From an uncultured Gammaproteobacteria bacterium (GTDB lineage Bacteria; Patescibacteriota; Patescibacteriia; JAHIZJ01): DNA of 64,000 nucleotides. Positions 18,210 to 27,686 of this stretch are shown here, piece by piece; positions within the stretch are counted from its first letter, which is position 1, and each line of letters starts with the position of its first letter. The stretch is taken from contig CAZQLY010000003.1 of assembly GCA_964594455.1 (NCBI GenBank), positions 37,360 through 101,359 on the forward strand. The letters run 5' to 3'. The notes under the pieces were generated by a model. It saw only the letters and a list, made by a program, of their open reading frames with translations, ran no database searches and was not told where the DNA came from. The position numbers and the translations under genes are program-made.

Positions 18210-18749
18210 ATGCTAAAAAAGTTTATCTGGTGCAGCTGTATTTTTATAAGTGTCGTTTTACCTCGAGCCGTGCAATCAGAAAACGCGGTTGAGGTTTATT
18301 ATTTTTTTGATGATGCTTGTTATGCCTGTCAGAGCATGACTGACGCTATCACCTCTCTGGATTCCAAATATGAAACCTTGTCTGTTCAATCAATAAACGC
18401 TGGGGCCGATGAGAGAAGACAAGTTATCTTTAGTGACTTCATGGAGTTGTATCAAGTATATAATTATTCTGTTCCCACTATTATTGTAGGCAATGATGTT
18501 TATTCTGGGTATAGCACCTCAATTGTTAGCGGCATAGAACAGTCAATACTATATTGTCTTAATAATTCTTGTCCATCGCCTCGTTTATTGCTCAAAGACT
18601 ACTATAATTCCCTGGATCAAGCAGAACAATCAGGCAGTCCTAATTCAATTTTGTTTTGGTCGATATTCTTATTTCTCTGGCCGTTACTGGGGATCGCAGG
18701 AATTGTATATGTATTAAAGAAATATAAGCCCAAGAAAAGGATATTATAA
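18210..18749 (+). CDS. thioredoxin-fold-like CxxC protein with a signal peptide and a C-terminal membrane anchor
   Basis: N-terminal signal sequence, the motif VEVYYFFDDACYACQ (CYAC) and a C-terminal TM helix (ILFWSIFLFLWPLLGIAGIVYVL). Confidence 0.35.
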   Translation: MLKKFIWCSCIFISVVLPRAVQSENAVEVYYFFDDACYACQSMTDAITSLDSKYETLSVQSINAGADERRQVIFSDFMELYQVYNYSVPTIIVGNDVYSGYSTSIVSGIEQSILYCLNNSCPSPRLLLKDYYNSLDQAEQSGSPNSILFWSIFLFLWPLLGIAGIVYVLKKYKPKKRIL

Positions 18750-18909
18750 TTATTACAGATTGGGCAGGATGATATGATATGTTAACAGTCGGATAGGCTG
18801 TTTTTGTTTTGTTAAGTTTTTTAGCGCAACAGATGTTTGGATGTGGCTTACAGTATAAAGAAGCTGGCTAACCGAGTCAGATAGAATTCAGCAAATTATT
18901 TATACTTGT

Positions 18910-18938
18910 TTGACAAATTAGTAACAATCTATTATTAT
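18910..18938 (+). promoter_or_regulatory. sigma70-type promoter (TTGACA-N17-TATTAT) followed by an AAAGGAGA ribosome-binding site
   Basis: TTGACAaattagtaacaatctatTATTAT, with an AAGGAGA Shine-Dalgarno 7 nt before the ATG at 18989. Confidence 0.5.
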
Positions 18939-18988
18939 AAAGGACATTGTGTATTAGATAATTAATCCTTAAAAAGGAGACATCATAA

Positions 18989-19777
18989 ATGTCAGAAAAC
19001 GAACGCGAGACAGAAACGTCTCAGGGGGAAAAGGGATTTTTTGCCAGTCTTTCACCAAAATCAAGCTTTATGGTCGGATTGGTAGGTGGAATAATGTTTT
19101 TATGTACAGTTGGTTTTTTTGTACTGCTAACTGTCTATATCCAAGGGGGAATGGATAATAAAGATAGCGACTCAAAGGTGGCTGGTGTTGACACTACAGC
19201 CAATGCCAATGCAAATACTAATGTTAATAGCGCCGATGCCTATGTTCCGGCCTATGTCGATTTTGATATAACAGACGATGATTATATCCGAGGTAATCCG
19301 GATGCTGAAATAACATTATTGGAATATTCAGATATTGAATGCCCTTACTGCTCTCGTTTCCATGAATCAGCCATGCAGTTACTAGAAGCATACCCAGATG
19401 ATGTCCGCTGGGTCTATCGTCATTTTCCGCTTGATTCACTTCACCCAGAGGCCAGACCAGCTGGGCTGGCTGCTGAATGCGCTGCCGAGCAAAGCGGCAA
19501 TGACGGATTTTGGACATATCTGGATGCCTTGTTTGAAAATCAAGATGATTTAGGCGATGAGCTATTCGAGCAGTTGGCTAGCGAACAAGGCCTAGATGTT
19601 GCAACTTTTACCAGTTGTTATGAAAGCGAGAAATATGCCAGTGCTGTAGAATCGGATTATCAGACCGGGCTACAAGAAGGTATCACCGGAACACCCGGTA
19701 GCTATCTCAATGGCACTGAATTAGGTGGGGCAGTTCCTTACGCCCAACTTGAAGCAGCTGTTGAATCAATACTCTAA
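18989..19777 (+). CDS. DsbA-like thiol:disulfide oxidoreductase (CPYC active site), membrane-anchored
   Basis: N-terminal TM helix. The motif YSDIECPYCSRFHE is followed by ..VRWVYRHFPLDSLHPEA.., typical of the DsbA/thioredoxin fold. Confidence 0.65.
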   Translation: MSENERETETSQGEKGFFASLSPKSSFMVGLVGGIMFLCTVGFFVLLTVYIQGGMDNKDSDSKVAGVDTTANANANTNVNSADAYVPAYVDFDITDDDYIRGNPDAEITLLEYSDIECPYCSRFHESAMQLLEAYPDDVRWVYRHFPLDSLHPEARPAGLAAECAAEQSGNDGFWTYLDALFENQDDLGDELFEQLASEQGLDVATFTSCYESEKYASAVESDYQTGLQEGITGTPGSYLNGTELGGAVPYAQLEAAVESIL

Positions 19778-19841
19778 AGTTAGATAGATAATAAGTTATT
19801 TAAATTACTGGTTTGAGTTGCTTTTGGTTTTGTAATAGCTT

Positions 19842-20639
19842 ATGAGGTCAAAAAATAATCCAGACAGCAAAAGAGAAAAATCATCCTGGTATTTCCATTG
19901 GTGGGGGGTGGCCAGTTTGATTTTGGCTTCGGTAGTGGCCTTATCATTATTATTGTATGGAGCGCAGGTAATATTATTTGGCGGAAAGACTACTTCTGAA
20001 GTCGATGCCTTAGTTAAATCAGGAGCAACCGCAGAAGATATTTTTTTGAGACAACCAAAAGCAGTATCGGCACCAGATAATCCCTGGATGGGCACAGAAG
20101 ATTATACGGTTCAGATTGTAGAATTCGTGGATTATCAGAGTCAGTATAGTCAACAGGTTACTGCAACGGTGCGTGATATAATCTCAGAATTTAGCAACGT
20201 AGTGAAATATACTCATAGGGACTTTCCTGATCAAATTAATCAGGACGGCATCAAATTAGCCGAGCTGGCTCGTTGTGCTGAGGAACAGAATCGTTTCTGG
20301 GTTACTCGAGACCGTTTGTTATTATTGCAAGGTAAAAAAAGCGCTGACGATCTGATAGATGAAATAACCAGCAGCGTTGGACTTGATCGTGATGTCCTGC
20401 AAGAATGTTTGGACTCTGATAGATATATAGATGATATTGAGGAAGATTATTTATCCGGCGTAGCCGCTGGTGTGAAAGGCACTCCCACTTTTTTCTTTAA
20501 TGGCTACAAAGCCGAAGGCCTGTTGGAGGCTGAAGACTTCTACAAGATCCTAGATGTATTAATTCCTGGTTATAGAGAATATTATGAGGAACCTGACTCC
20601 TTTGATTCTATACCAGATTTAATTCCAGCCGACGAATAA
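19842..20639 (+). CDS. DsbA-like paralog lacking the CxxC active site (probably a redox-inactive thioredoxin-fold protein)
   Basis: Alignable to the upstream gene (..EFVDYQSQYSQQV...KYTHRDFP.. versus ..EYSDIECPYCSRFH...WVYRHFP..), with CPYC replaced by YQSQ. Confidence 0.5.
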   Translation: MRSKNNPDSKREKSSWYFHWWGVASLILASVVALSLLLYGAQVILFGGKTTSEVDALVKSGATAEDIFLRQPKAVSAPDNPWMGTEDYTVQIVEFVDYQSQYSQQVTATVRDIISEFSNVVKYTHRDFPDQINQDGIKLAELARCAEEQNRFWVTRDRLLLLQGKKSADDLIDEITSSVGLDRDVLQECLDSDRYIDDIEEDYLSGVAAGVKGTPTFFFNGYKAEGLLEAEDFYKILDVLIPGYREYYEEPDSFDSIPDLIPADE

Positions 20640-20753
20640 CACTAAGATTAGCAAAATAGACATATTTTTCAACAGGTTTATACACTGCGATAAGCGGCTT
20701 TTTAACATCTCATCAACTTGTAAGAAAGTATTAACAAGGTAGAGTTAAGTGGT

Positions 20754-20924
20754 ATGAGAGTTAAAGTAAATCATAAAAAAGAGCCGATTAAGGCTCATAT
20801 TTCCTCAGATGCCCGGTACGTTTGCCCGTGGTGTTGGTCGGTTTCCTCAGAGCCTGGAACGTGTAAGTGTGGTTCCGAGCTTCAGAAGGAAAAAGCCCAT
20901 ATCTTGTTTGAATACGAGAATTAA
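20754..20924 (+). CDS. small putative zinc-ribbon protein (56 aa, CxxC...CxC)
   Basis: The ORF MRVKVNHKKEPIKAHISSDARYVCPWCWSVSSEPGTCKCGSELQKEKAHILFEYEN is below the ORF-track size cut-off. It has four Cys residues in a ribbon-like spacing. Confidence 0.25.
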   Translation: MRVKVNHKKEPIKAHISSDARYVCPWCWSVSSEPGTCKCGSELQKEKAHILFEYEN

Positions 20925-21008
20925 CAATTGATATAGTATGATAAAAACGCTACACTGGCGTTTTTTATTTTTGTCTAAACATCTTAAATAAATTATAATA
21001 CATAGGCT

Positions 21009-21785
21009 ATGATTCCTTATTTCGAATTAACTACAATAGAAGTAGGAAGTTGGTCCCTTAATATTTGGGGCTTGCTAGTTTCATCAGGCTTTTTGACAGC
21101 TATAATCATTTCATATCGTGAGGCCAGGCATAACGAGCTCAAGTCGGAGCTTATATTGGATTTAGCAATAGTAATTATTATTTCAGCAATAATAGGTTCT
21201 AGGCTTTTTTATGTTTTTAATGAGTGGGATCAATTCAAAGATCAGCCAATCAATATTTTAAAGATTTGGGAAGGCGGCCTAGCTATCTATGGTGGTATAG
21301 TTGCTTCTGTGTTGGCCGGCTGGGTTTATTTACGCAGGCGTCGGGTGTCTTTTTGGAAATACGCTGACGTGGTGGCATACGCGATGCCTTTAGGATTAGC
21401 TATCGGTCGCATCGGCTGCTTCATGATTCACGACCATCTGGGTAAAACAACCAATTTGCCCTGGGGATTTCAGACCGCTATTGGTAAAGTGAGGCACGAG
21501 ACAGCTATGTATGAAATTTTAGCCATGGTTATTGTTTTTATTATTTTTTCTTTTATTAGAAAAAAAGAATATTTTCGTAATCAGCCAGGAAGGCTAGTGA
21601 TAATGTTTTTTTTAATCTACGGACTATTCCGTTTCTTTTCTGATATGCTACGAGCTACCGACCTACCCGGTTCAGACCCGGTTCTTTGGCTTGGATTCAG
21701 ACCAAGTCAAATATTTTCGTTATTTATAATAGTTGTCTCGATCAGCCTAATCTATTTTTGGAAAAGAAAAAAAGATATAGATTAA
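21009..21785 (+). CDS. lgt: prolipoprotein diacylglyceryl transferase
   Basis: 7-TM protein with the Lgt signature region ..YAMPLGLAIGRIGCFMIHDHLG.. Confidence 0.7.
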   Translation: MIPYFELTTIEVGSWSLNIWGLLVSSGFLTAIIISYREARHNELKSELILDLAIVIIISAIIGSRLFYVFNEWDQFKDQPINILKIWEGGLAIYGGIVASVLAGWVYLRRRRVSFWKYADVVAYAMPLGLAIGRIGCFMIHDHLGKTTNLPWGFQTAIGKVRHETAMYEILAMVIVFIIFSFIRKKEYFRNQPGRLVIMFFLIYGLFRFFSDMLRATDLPGSDPVLWLGFRPSQIFSLFIIVVSISLIYFWKRKKDID

Positions 21786-21839
21786 TGTTACAAAAAAACA
21801 GAAGCCTGAAACCTCTGTTTTTTTGTATACAGGTTTGTA

Positions 21840-22595
21840 TTATTTCTGATTTGGTTTTTTCTTGGCCAGGCCTTCCAGTGCTCGTAATACTTCCAGTGGC
21901 ACAGCGAAGACTACAGTGTTTGATTGATCAGAGGACAAATCATTTATTGATTGTAGAGTGCGGAGATGAAGTGCACCATCTGATTCACCCAACATCTTGG
22001 CAGCTAGGCTCATATTCTTAGCGGCTATTACCTCACCCTCTGCTTTAATAATGACGGCTCGTTTTTCTCTTTCGGCTTCTGCTTGTTTGGCAATAGTGCG
22101 TTTCATTTCCTCAGGCAGTTCTATGTGTTTTAATTCTACCGCTACGACTTTTATTCCCCAGGGATCAGTAGCAATGTCAACGAGCTTACGAATTTTTTTG
22201 GAAACTTCATCGCGCTGGGTTAGAAGTAGGTCAAGCTCGGTTTCACCCACTACATCACGCATAGTAGTCTGGGCTAATTGAGATACAGCATAAACATAAT
22301 TTTCAACTTCAATGATTGCGGTATTAGCTTCTACCACTTTAAAATAAAGCACCGCATTAACCTTGACAGATACGTTGTCTCGGGTAATTGCATCTTGATC
22401 TGGAACATCAATAGCTATAACCCGCATATCCACCTTAGTCATTGTTTGAAATACGGGTATAACTAATCGCCAACCCGGTTTGGCAGTGGAGGTGTATCTC
22501 CCCATAGTAAATTTAACCCCTCGCTGGTATTGGTTTATCTGCCTGATGGAAATTAGTAAAATAACTACAACGATAATAATTGGTGTCCAATACAT
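21840..22595 (-). CDS. SPFH/band-7 (stomatin/HflK/C-like) domain protein
   Basis: N-terminal TM helix followed by an SPFH core (..YQRGVKFTMGRY...VLYFKVVEANTAIIEVENYVYAVSQLAQTTMRDVVGE...) and an EA-rich coiled coil. Confidence 0.65.
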   Translation of the reverse strand: MYWTPIIIVVVILLISIRQINQYQRGVKFTMGRYTSTAKPGWRLVIPVFQTMTKVDMRVIAIDVPDQDAITRDNVSVKVNAVLYFKVVEANTAIIEVENYVYAVSQLAQTTMRDVVGETELDLLLTQRDEVSKKIRKLVDIATDPWGIKVVAVELKHIELPEEMKRTIAKQAEAEREKRAVIIKAEGEVIAAKNMSLAAKMLGESDGALHLRTLQSINDLSSDQSNTVVFAVPLEVLRALEGLAKKKPNQK

Positions 22596-22664
22596 GTTTT
22601 TTGGTGTTATTTATTAACTGGCTTAATTATAGCATTTCTTAAATAGATGAAACAAGAAACATCC

Positions 22665-22693
22665 TTGACAAAACCGTTGAAACATGATATTGT
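22665..22693 (+). promoter_or_regulatory. sigma70-type promoter (TTGACA-N17-TATTGT) with a ~135-nt structured leader
   Basis: TTGACAaaaccgttgaaacatgaTATTGT. The leader contains the palindrome GGGGAATATTTCCCC (22765-22779) and a duplicated TCAGGAGG ahead of the ATG at 22831. Confidence 0.45.
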
Positions 22694-22830
22694 CTCAGGT
22701 CACTCTGGCCAGTTTCTGGTTCAGTGACAGATCTTTGACATTCTTAGATAGATTCGAAACCCAATAGGGGAATATTTCCCCTGAGGCTAGTACAGTTATC
22801 AGGAGGCGAATTGCCTTCAGGAGGTGAAAA

Positions 22831-25044
22831 ATGAAGTTCATGGACAGCGTTTCGTCGATCGCCAATATGCGCGTGTCGGGTTTTGTGATTTTGACGGTGG
22901 TTTTTGGTTTGGCGCTTTCGCTTGCGTTCAAGACCATGAACTGGTTGCTGGTGCTTGTTGTTATGGCAGCGGTGACCTATGTCTTCTATCGGTACCGAGA
23001 GAGATTGCTCTTCCAGGTGACCGATCGGATGTTCAAGTACTACTACCTGGTGGGATTTTTGATCATGACAACCCTGTACATGCTACTTGTGTTCAGGATG
23101 ATCAGAGATCCAATTTCCAGCTGGCTGGCAGTGATCATCTACTTTCTTTCGTGGACGATCCTGCTGGTCTATGCTGGAAAAGCTCAGATTGGTGCTACCT
23201 TCATCAAAGAGCCTGGTGCGATGTTGATTCAACGAGGGGGCATGTTCCTCCGCATCGCCTGGGTGAAGAAGGGGCATCGGATGTTGACTAACCAAGCAGC
23301 TCAACGCTTAAACGCACTGGCGTTCCTTTTCAATCCCACGGTTGAGGATCATAAGAAACGGATCTTCGTGAAGTGGCTGTTGTTTCAACTCGAGGATGCC
23401 CTGGACGAAAAAGCCCACCTTATTCGGGGATGGGATGTGGTGACTACCTTTGGAGGTGATCCATTCGTTTCTGAGTCAGCGCGTGAGCGGACGGCGGAAG
23501 GTTGTATTACTCTGTCAACACCTGAAGATGTGTACAATATGATTCGAAGATCACCTCAAGAAGGTGAGAAAACGATTTCTCACCAACCACCGTACTCACG
23601 TCCTCGGTTCAGCCATATGGCCAAAAGGCCTAGCAGTGAAATAGATGAAATTCTGAGGGCTCTATCGGTCGTTTCGGGCAGTAGCCGGGCAGAGTTTCAA
23701 GTTCACAGCCAGCTGCTGACAAGGGACGAGAAGAGGGAGGGTCGTAAAATACCCAACCAGAATAAGTATGTGTTCAATCCTGAGTTCACAGTTGGCTACC
23801 GTGACCGCTTTGCCCAATATGACATCATGACTGAAACTGAAATCGCCCATGAGTCTGGATTGACGCCCGGAATCATCAAATGGTGCATGGCGGATGTGGC
23901 AGAACAGCAGAAGCCGCGCAAGGGCGTCTTCGGCGGTTTGCGCGTGATCGGATTCCCTTGGGATTCAGTTATGACACATCAGCTGGTAGTTGAAACCTGG
24001 TCTGAGGTAACGGATGTAACCGAGGGGGGCGCCGCTTACAAGGTGGAGAAGGTCCCTCGGGAATTCCAGAGGATTGGCCTGGGCCGTGAACAGATGAAGC
24101 TTTTCGTCAAACGAGCAGAAACTGCTGACGGCTATGCTGTTGATTTCTACGTAGTCATCTTCTTGCATTTGCGCAACGTGTATAAGGCGATGATTGATGT
24201 GGACGACTGGCATCAGTGGCTAGCCAATGTCATTGTTGCCAAGATCCGAGAGCTGACTCGTCGTCTGCCTATCCACGCCGCGATTGATGCCAAGGAGCAC
24301 GTTTCCGAGTGCATCAGACGCGGTGTTCACGGTGAAGAGTACACTCTGGTCCCGGAGCTCATCAGCCCGGTACCTGACGGATCCAGTGAGGACATCCAGA
24401 AAGAAGGGCGTCCGAAGTACCGCATACACGTCGTGCCCATCCGCGATCTCAGGAAACTGGAGCGTATGCTATATGCTGCGGTTGGAGATAACGATGGAGC
24501 TGAGAAGAAGGCCAATACCAAGGACCAAGACAGTATCAAGGATGTTGCTGTCGACGAGACTCTCCTGGAGAGCATTCTGTTCAAGGCCGGAATCGTGGTT
24601 GATGGGATGGGCGTCAAGGACGTTATTCCCTCAGACACCGAGGCTAAGCAGTTCATCGAGGCCTTGCCCAGCGCGATTCAGGAAGCGCAGATTCGCATCA
24701 GGCAGGGAATCGGTGAAGCTGGCAGAATCGAACGGGAAATCGCTGCGCTGGCTAGCAAGGGCGAGAATGTCGCTCAGATCTTCCAGCTGATTGAGACAAC
24801 CAAGAGTGTTCCATCTGGGAGCACGGTTGTTCTTGGTGGCGGAGGCGGATCGATCGACCAAGCCCTGTTGGCCCAGCTGTTGCGAGATCGGAGCAAGCCA
24901 ACCGGCAAAACCGGAGGATCGGGTGAAACCGATGCTCCGGAATCAGTAAGCGCAGATGCAAAAGGCTCCGGCGATATAGCCGGATCAGACCGTGAGAGCG
25001 GGAAACGTCCTGAACGTTCCCGTTCTACACGGAAACGATCTTAG
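22831..25044 (+). CDS. large membrane-anchored hypothetical protein (N-terminal TM helices, ~600-aa soluble region, Gly-rich and basic disordered C-terminus); possibly flotillin/SPFH-like
   Basis: 737-aa ORF in a GC-rich island with strong AGGAGG ribosome-binding sites. The C-terminal ..IRIRQGIGEAGRIEREIAALASKGENVAQIFQLIETTKSVPSGSTVVLGGGGGS.. resembles the end of bacterial flotillins; this is a weak impression only. Confidence 0.4.
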   Translation: MKFMDSVSSIANMRVSGFVILTVVFGLALSLAFKTMNWLLVLVVMAAVTYVFYRYRERLLFQVTDRMFKYYYLVGFLIMTTLYMLLVFRMIRDPISSWLAVIIYFLSWTILLVYAGKAQIGATFIKEPGAMLIQRGGMFLRIAWVKKGHRMLTNQAAQRLNALAFLFNPTVEDHKKRIFVKWLLFQLEDALDEKAHLIRGWDVVTTFGGDPFVSESARERTAEGCITLSTPEDVYNMIRRSPQEGEKTISHQPPYSRPRFSHMAKRPSSEIDEILRALSVVSGSSRAEFQVHSQLLTRDEKREGRKIPNQNKYVFNPEFTVGYRDRFAQYDIMTETEIAHESGLTPGIIKWCMADVAEQQKPRKGVFGGLRVIGFPWDSVMTHQLVVETWSEVTDVTEGGAAYKVEKVPREFQRIGLGREQMKLFVKRAETADGYAVDFYVVIFLHLRNVYKAMIDVDDWHQWLANVIVAKIRELTRRLPIHAAIDAKEHVSECIRRGVHGEEYTLVPELISPVPDGSSEDIQKEGRPKYRIHVVPIRDLRKLERMLYAAVGDNDGAEKKANTKDQDSIKDVAVDETLLESILFKAGIVVDGMGVKDVIPSDTEAKQFIEALPSAIQEAQIRIRQGIGEAGRIEREIAALASKGENVAQIFQLIETTKSVPSGSTVVLGGGGGSIDQALLAQLLRDRSKPTGKTGGSGETDAPESVSADAKGSGDIAGSDRESGKRPERSRSTRKRS

Positions 25045-25068
25045 GACGATCTCGCTCCTGAAGTTTGA

Positions 25069-25107
25069 GGCGGGACCCACGCGGCATTTGTCGTAACGGG
25101 TCCCGCC
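25069..25107 (+). promoter_or_regulatory. intergenic GC-rich hairpin (10-12 bp stem) with no T-run
   Basis: GGCGGGACCC-(19 nt)-GGGTCCCGCC lies between the two island genes and immediately before AAAGGAG-ATG. It may be a processing or attenuation structure. Confidence 0.35.
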
Positions 25108-25130
25108 CTCATCAACCAAAGGAGTGAATC

Positions 25131-26558
25131 ATGTTTGCGATAATCCCGGTTACTATTTTCTTCGCCCTTCTTCTGAATGGTGCGAAGGAGCTCGTCGCCA
25201 TGCGTACGGCCCAGCGGAAAAAGGAGGCTTATCAGTTCTCCTATGCGCGGGTATTCTGGTCGAAATTCTCAGCTTGGGCGCTAATCATCATTGGACTAGT
25301 GCTGTTAGCCAGACTATATCCTGTAGTTTGGCAAAACATCCAGGTACGGCAGCAGCCTTACTGGACTGAGTATGAGCAGATCTACCACAACCCCCCTGAT
25401 CTCACGAACATCTGTCCTTCCGGGCAACTGCCCAGCGATTGGGATGAAGCTCTCAAGGTAATCGAATCCCAGGGCACTTCAGAACAAGTCGCTTGGGGCC
25501 AGGCACTGGATACCAAGAAGGAGATGCTCAAAGCTCTCTATCCACACTTCCACACTGGATGGGCCAGATTCGTCGGCATGGCGATTAAGTTCCTGCCTTT
25601 GATATCATGGTTTGCCACCATCCTCTTGACTTCCTACCTATTCCGAGTGATTGGTAGAGGTAAGAAAGAGGCTATGGGAGGCATTCAGATCATCCTGCTG
25701 GTGTTTGTCTTCTTTGTCCTCTGCGGCAGTCGACTGGCAGATGCTTTGCCGGCCTGGCTGTCGATGTCGTACGGATTCTTGGCTAAGATGTATGGCTTCG
25801 AAACGCCGAAGATGCAGGCTTTCTTCGCCCTCATTGTCGCTATGGTGGCAATGGCGGTGCGGATCGGCTCTGGGTCTAGAGGATTGGCCGTGCTGACGTA
25901 TCTTGCGTTGGTTCTGGCCGGTGTAAACCTTGTAGGTTTCGTAGCTCCTTCCTTCATGGCCAAGAAACGTGGAGATGAGTGGGGTTCAACCTACAACAAT
26001 CCACTGACACTAGCAACTGTACAGGAAGAGAATGTGGTATACCAACCCCTGCGCGTCCAGGGCGCTACTCCGGGAACGCAGGTAAAGTCCTACCTCATCT
26101 CTTTTGACACCAGACAACCTGGGCCGCATCCAACTGGCATCAAGGTCCACCATCTCCAACGAGGCCAGTTCGAACGAGCGACAGAATTGGAGAAGTCATA
26201 CCAGTATCTCCGAACCAGAACGGGGAAGAAGTACTGGGCATCGGCTGCTGGCGACTCGTTAAACGGTCAGTCGCTGATGCCGCACCATTTCCGTCATATG
26301 GAATGGTTCCATACGTTGAGCGCTCCAGCCGGAGCAATCATAGTGCAGATCGGTTCTGGGAACTGGTTTGCTCCGTTTCAGAATGGTGACATGTTTACTG
26401 GCACTGGTGTTGATGGGGAAGTTTGGGTGGACATCAATGACACTCAGCGTCGTCCAGAGAAAGATGGCCTCCAGTACTACGTGGACAACGAAGGCATTGC
26501 CTATCTAAGACTCCGGGTATACGAACCACCCGGAAAAGCTCTTTTGGCCGGGTCATAG
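25131..26558 (+). CDS. polytopic membrane protein with a beta-rich C-terminal soluble domain (hypothetical)
   Basis: 475-aa ORF with about 6-8 TM helices and a ~190-aa C-terminal domain. GC-rich. Probably co-transcribed with the gene at 22831..25044. Confidence 0.4.
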   Translation: MFAIIPVTIFFALLLNGAKELVAMRTAQRKKEAYQFSYARVFWSKFSAWALIIIGLVLLARLYPVVWQNIQVRQQPYWTEYEQIYHNPPDLTNICPSGQLPSDWDEALKVIESQGTSEQVAWGQALDTKKEMLKALYPHFHTGWARFVGMAIKFLPLISWFATILLTSYLFRVIGRGKKEAMGGIQIILLVFVFFVLCGSRLADALPAWLSMSYGFLAKMYGFETPKMQAFFALIVAMVAMAVRIGSGSRGLAVLTYLALVLAGVNLVGFVAPSFMAKKRGDEWGSTYNNPLTLATVQEENVVYQPLRVQGATPGTQVKSYLISFDTRQPGPHPTGIKVHHLQRGQFERATELEKSYQYLRTRTGKKYWASAAGDSLNGQSLMPHHFRHMEWFHTLSAPAGAIIVQIGSGNWFAPFQNGDMFTGTGVDGEVWVDINDTQRRPEKDGLQYYVDNEGIAYLRLRVYEPPGKALLAGS

Positions 26559-26568
26559 TATCCGGTCC

Positions 26569-26606
26569 GGGGGCAGTTTGTGAAAACAGACCGCCCCCTT
26601 TTTTTA
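26569..26606 (+). terminator. rho-independent terminator (GGGGGC...GCCCCC stem followed by T7)
   Basis: cGGGGGCagtttgtgaaaacagaccGCCCCCtttttttattt, placed between convergent genes. Confidence 0.5.
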
Positions 26607-27119
26607 TTTAGATATAGTTGCCAAATAGAATAAAATAGGAATCAAACAAGCTTGAAGCGTCAAACCAATTCTCCAAGGTAGGTTTTTTTGTATTAGCCAA
26701 TGAATTTTGTGATGAAATTGATCGTGTTTTTTAAGCAAGTCGGCTAGTGGTTTTGCCTTGTTTAAGAATTTTAACCAATTATGAAGTACGGCGGCCATAT
26801 TACTAAGCTGATGATGTAGTTCAGAAAGAAAGTCTGGTAAAATAGCCCCAGTGGCGCCCGATATTACAACAATCATTTCTGATGAGGGTGCTATTTTTAG
26901 AAAAAGCAGTGTATAGCAAATAGCTAGAAACAGGTCAACGAATCCAATCACTATTAAGCGCTTGGGTTTATCCCGGAACCAATACCCAATTCCTTCATCT
27001 CCATGCGGGATGTAATCAAGAATGTAGTGAGAAACAAAAGATATCAAAAAAGCCGAGATTGGTTCTCGGGTGACTTGACTTATCAATATTCCGGTTGCGG
27101 CGTGGGCTGTCAGGAACAT
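26604..27119 (-). CDS. membrane-bound metal-dependent hydrolase-like protein (YdjM/DUF457-like)
   Basis: 171 aa. An N-terminal His (MFLTAHAATG..) and the ..HYILDYIPHGDEG.. motif sit within a multi-TM protein. Tandem paralog of the next gene. Confidence 0.35.
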   Translation of the reverse strand: MFLTAHAATGILISQVTREPISAFLISFVSHYILDYIPHGDEGIGYWFRDKPKRLIVIGFVDLFLAICYTLLFLKIAPSSEMIVVISGATGAILPDFLSELHHQLSNMAAVLHNWLKFLNKAKPLADLLKKHDQFHHKIHWLIQKNLPWRIGLTLQACLIPILFYLATISK

Positions 27120-27122
27120 TTA

Positions 27123-27659
27123 TCAAAGAGTAAATTCTGATATTAGAAATACCATAATAATTACAATTTGAATTGAAAACCCAGCTATGGGCGATATCCT
27201 ATAATCAAAAAAATTATCAACGAAGTTATGAAACTTGTCATGCAGGTAGTTATTACCTTTGATAAACGGGTGCAGCAGAATGGTTTTTCTCTGCAGCCAA
27301 TAAAGCGCTCTAAAGATAAGTTTCTGTTGATACTTTTGGTGAACGAATGGAAAAAAATTAGAAATTAGGTCGGGCAAGAGAGAACCAGCTAGTCCTGCTG
27401 AAACCAATGCTATTCTAGGCAAATCAGTCGTGGTATAAAGTACACTAATTAGAATAATAACGCACAAGAAGTCAATCGAGGCTAAAATGCTAGCGCGTTT
27501 TTTCTTTTCCGGATCCCATTCTTGGTAAAGGTTTTCATCACCATGGGGTATGAAGTCCATGATGAAATGGACAAAAATCGAAATAACAAAAACCCACAGA
27601 GGTGATTCTAGTCTCTGGCTAATTAGGACCCCCGCTGCAGCATGGGTGGTAAGAAACAT
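27123..27659 (-). CDS. membrane-bound metal-dependent hydrolase-like protein (YdjM/DUF457-like), paralog
   Basis: 178 aa. MFLTTHAAAG... and ..HFIMDFIPHGDEN.., the same architecture as 26604..27119. Confidence 0.35.
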   Translation of the reverse strand: MFLTTHAAAGVLISQRLESPLWVFVISIFVHFIMDFIPHGDENLYQEWDPEKKKRASILASIDFLCVIILISVLYTTTDLPRIALVSAGLAGSLLPDLISNFFPFVHQKYQQKLIFRALYWLQRKTILLHPFIKGNNYLHDKFHNFVDNFFDYRISPIAGFSIQIVIIMVFLISEFTL

Positions 27660-27686
27660 GTTTTATATATGAAGTCGTTAAATGTC

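Noticed and set aside
22824-25044. Many 60-170-aa ORFs on both strands inside the 22831-25044 and 25131-26558 genes (for example 24284-24790, 24327-24656, 25651-25896, 25685-25963)
   Set aside because: They are frame-shifted or antisense overlaps inside long GC-rich genes. They show no start context and have low-complexity Ser/Arg-rich translations typical of non-coding frames.
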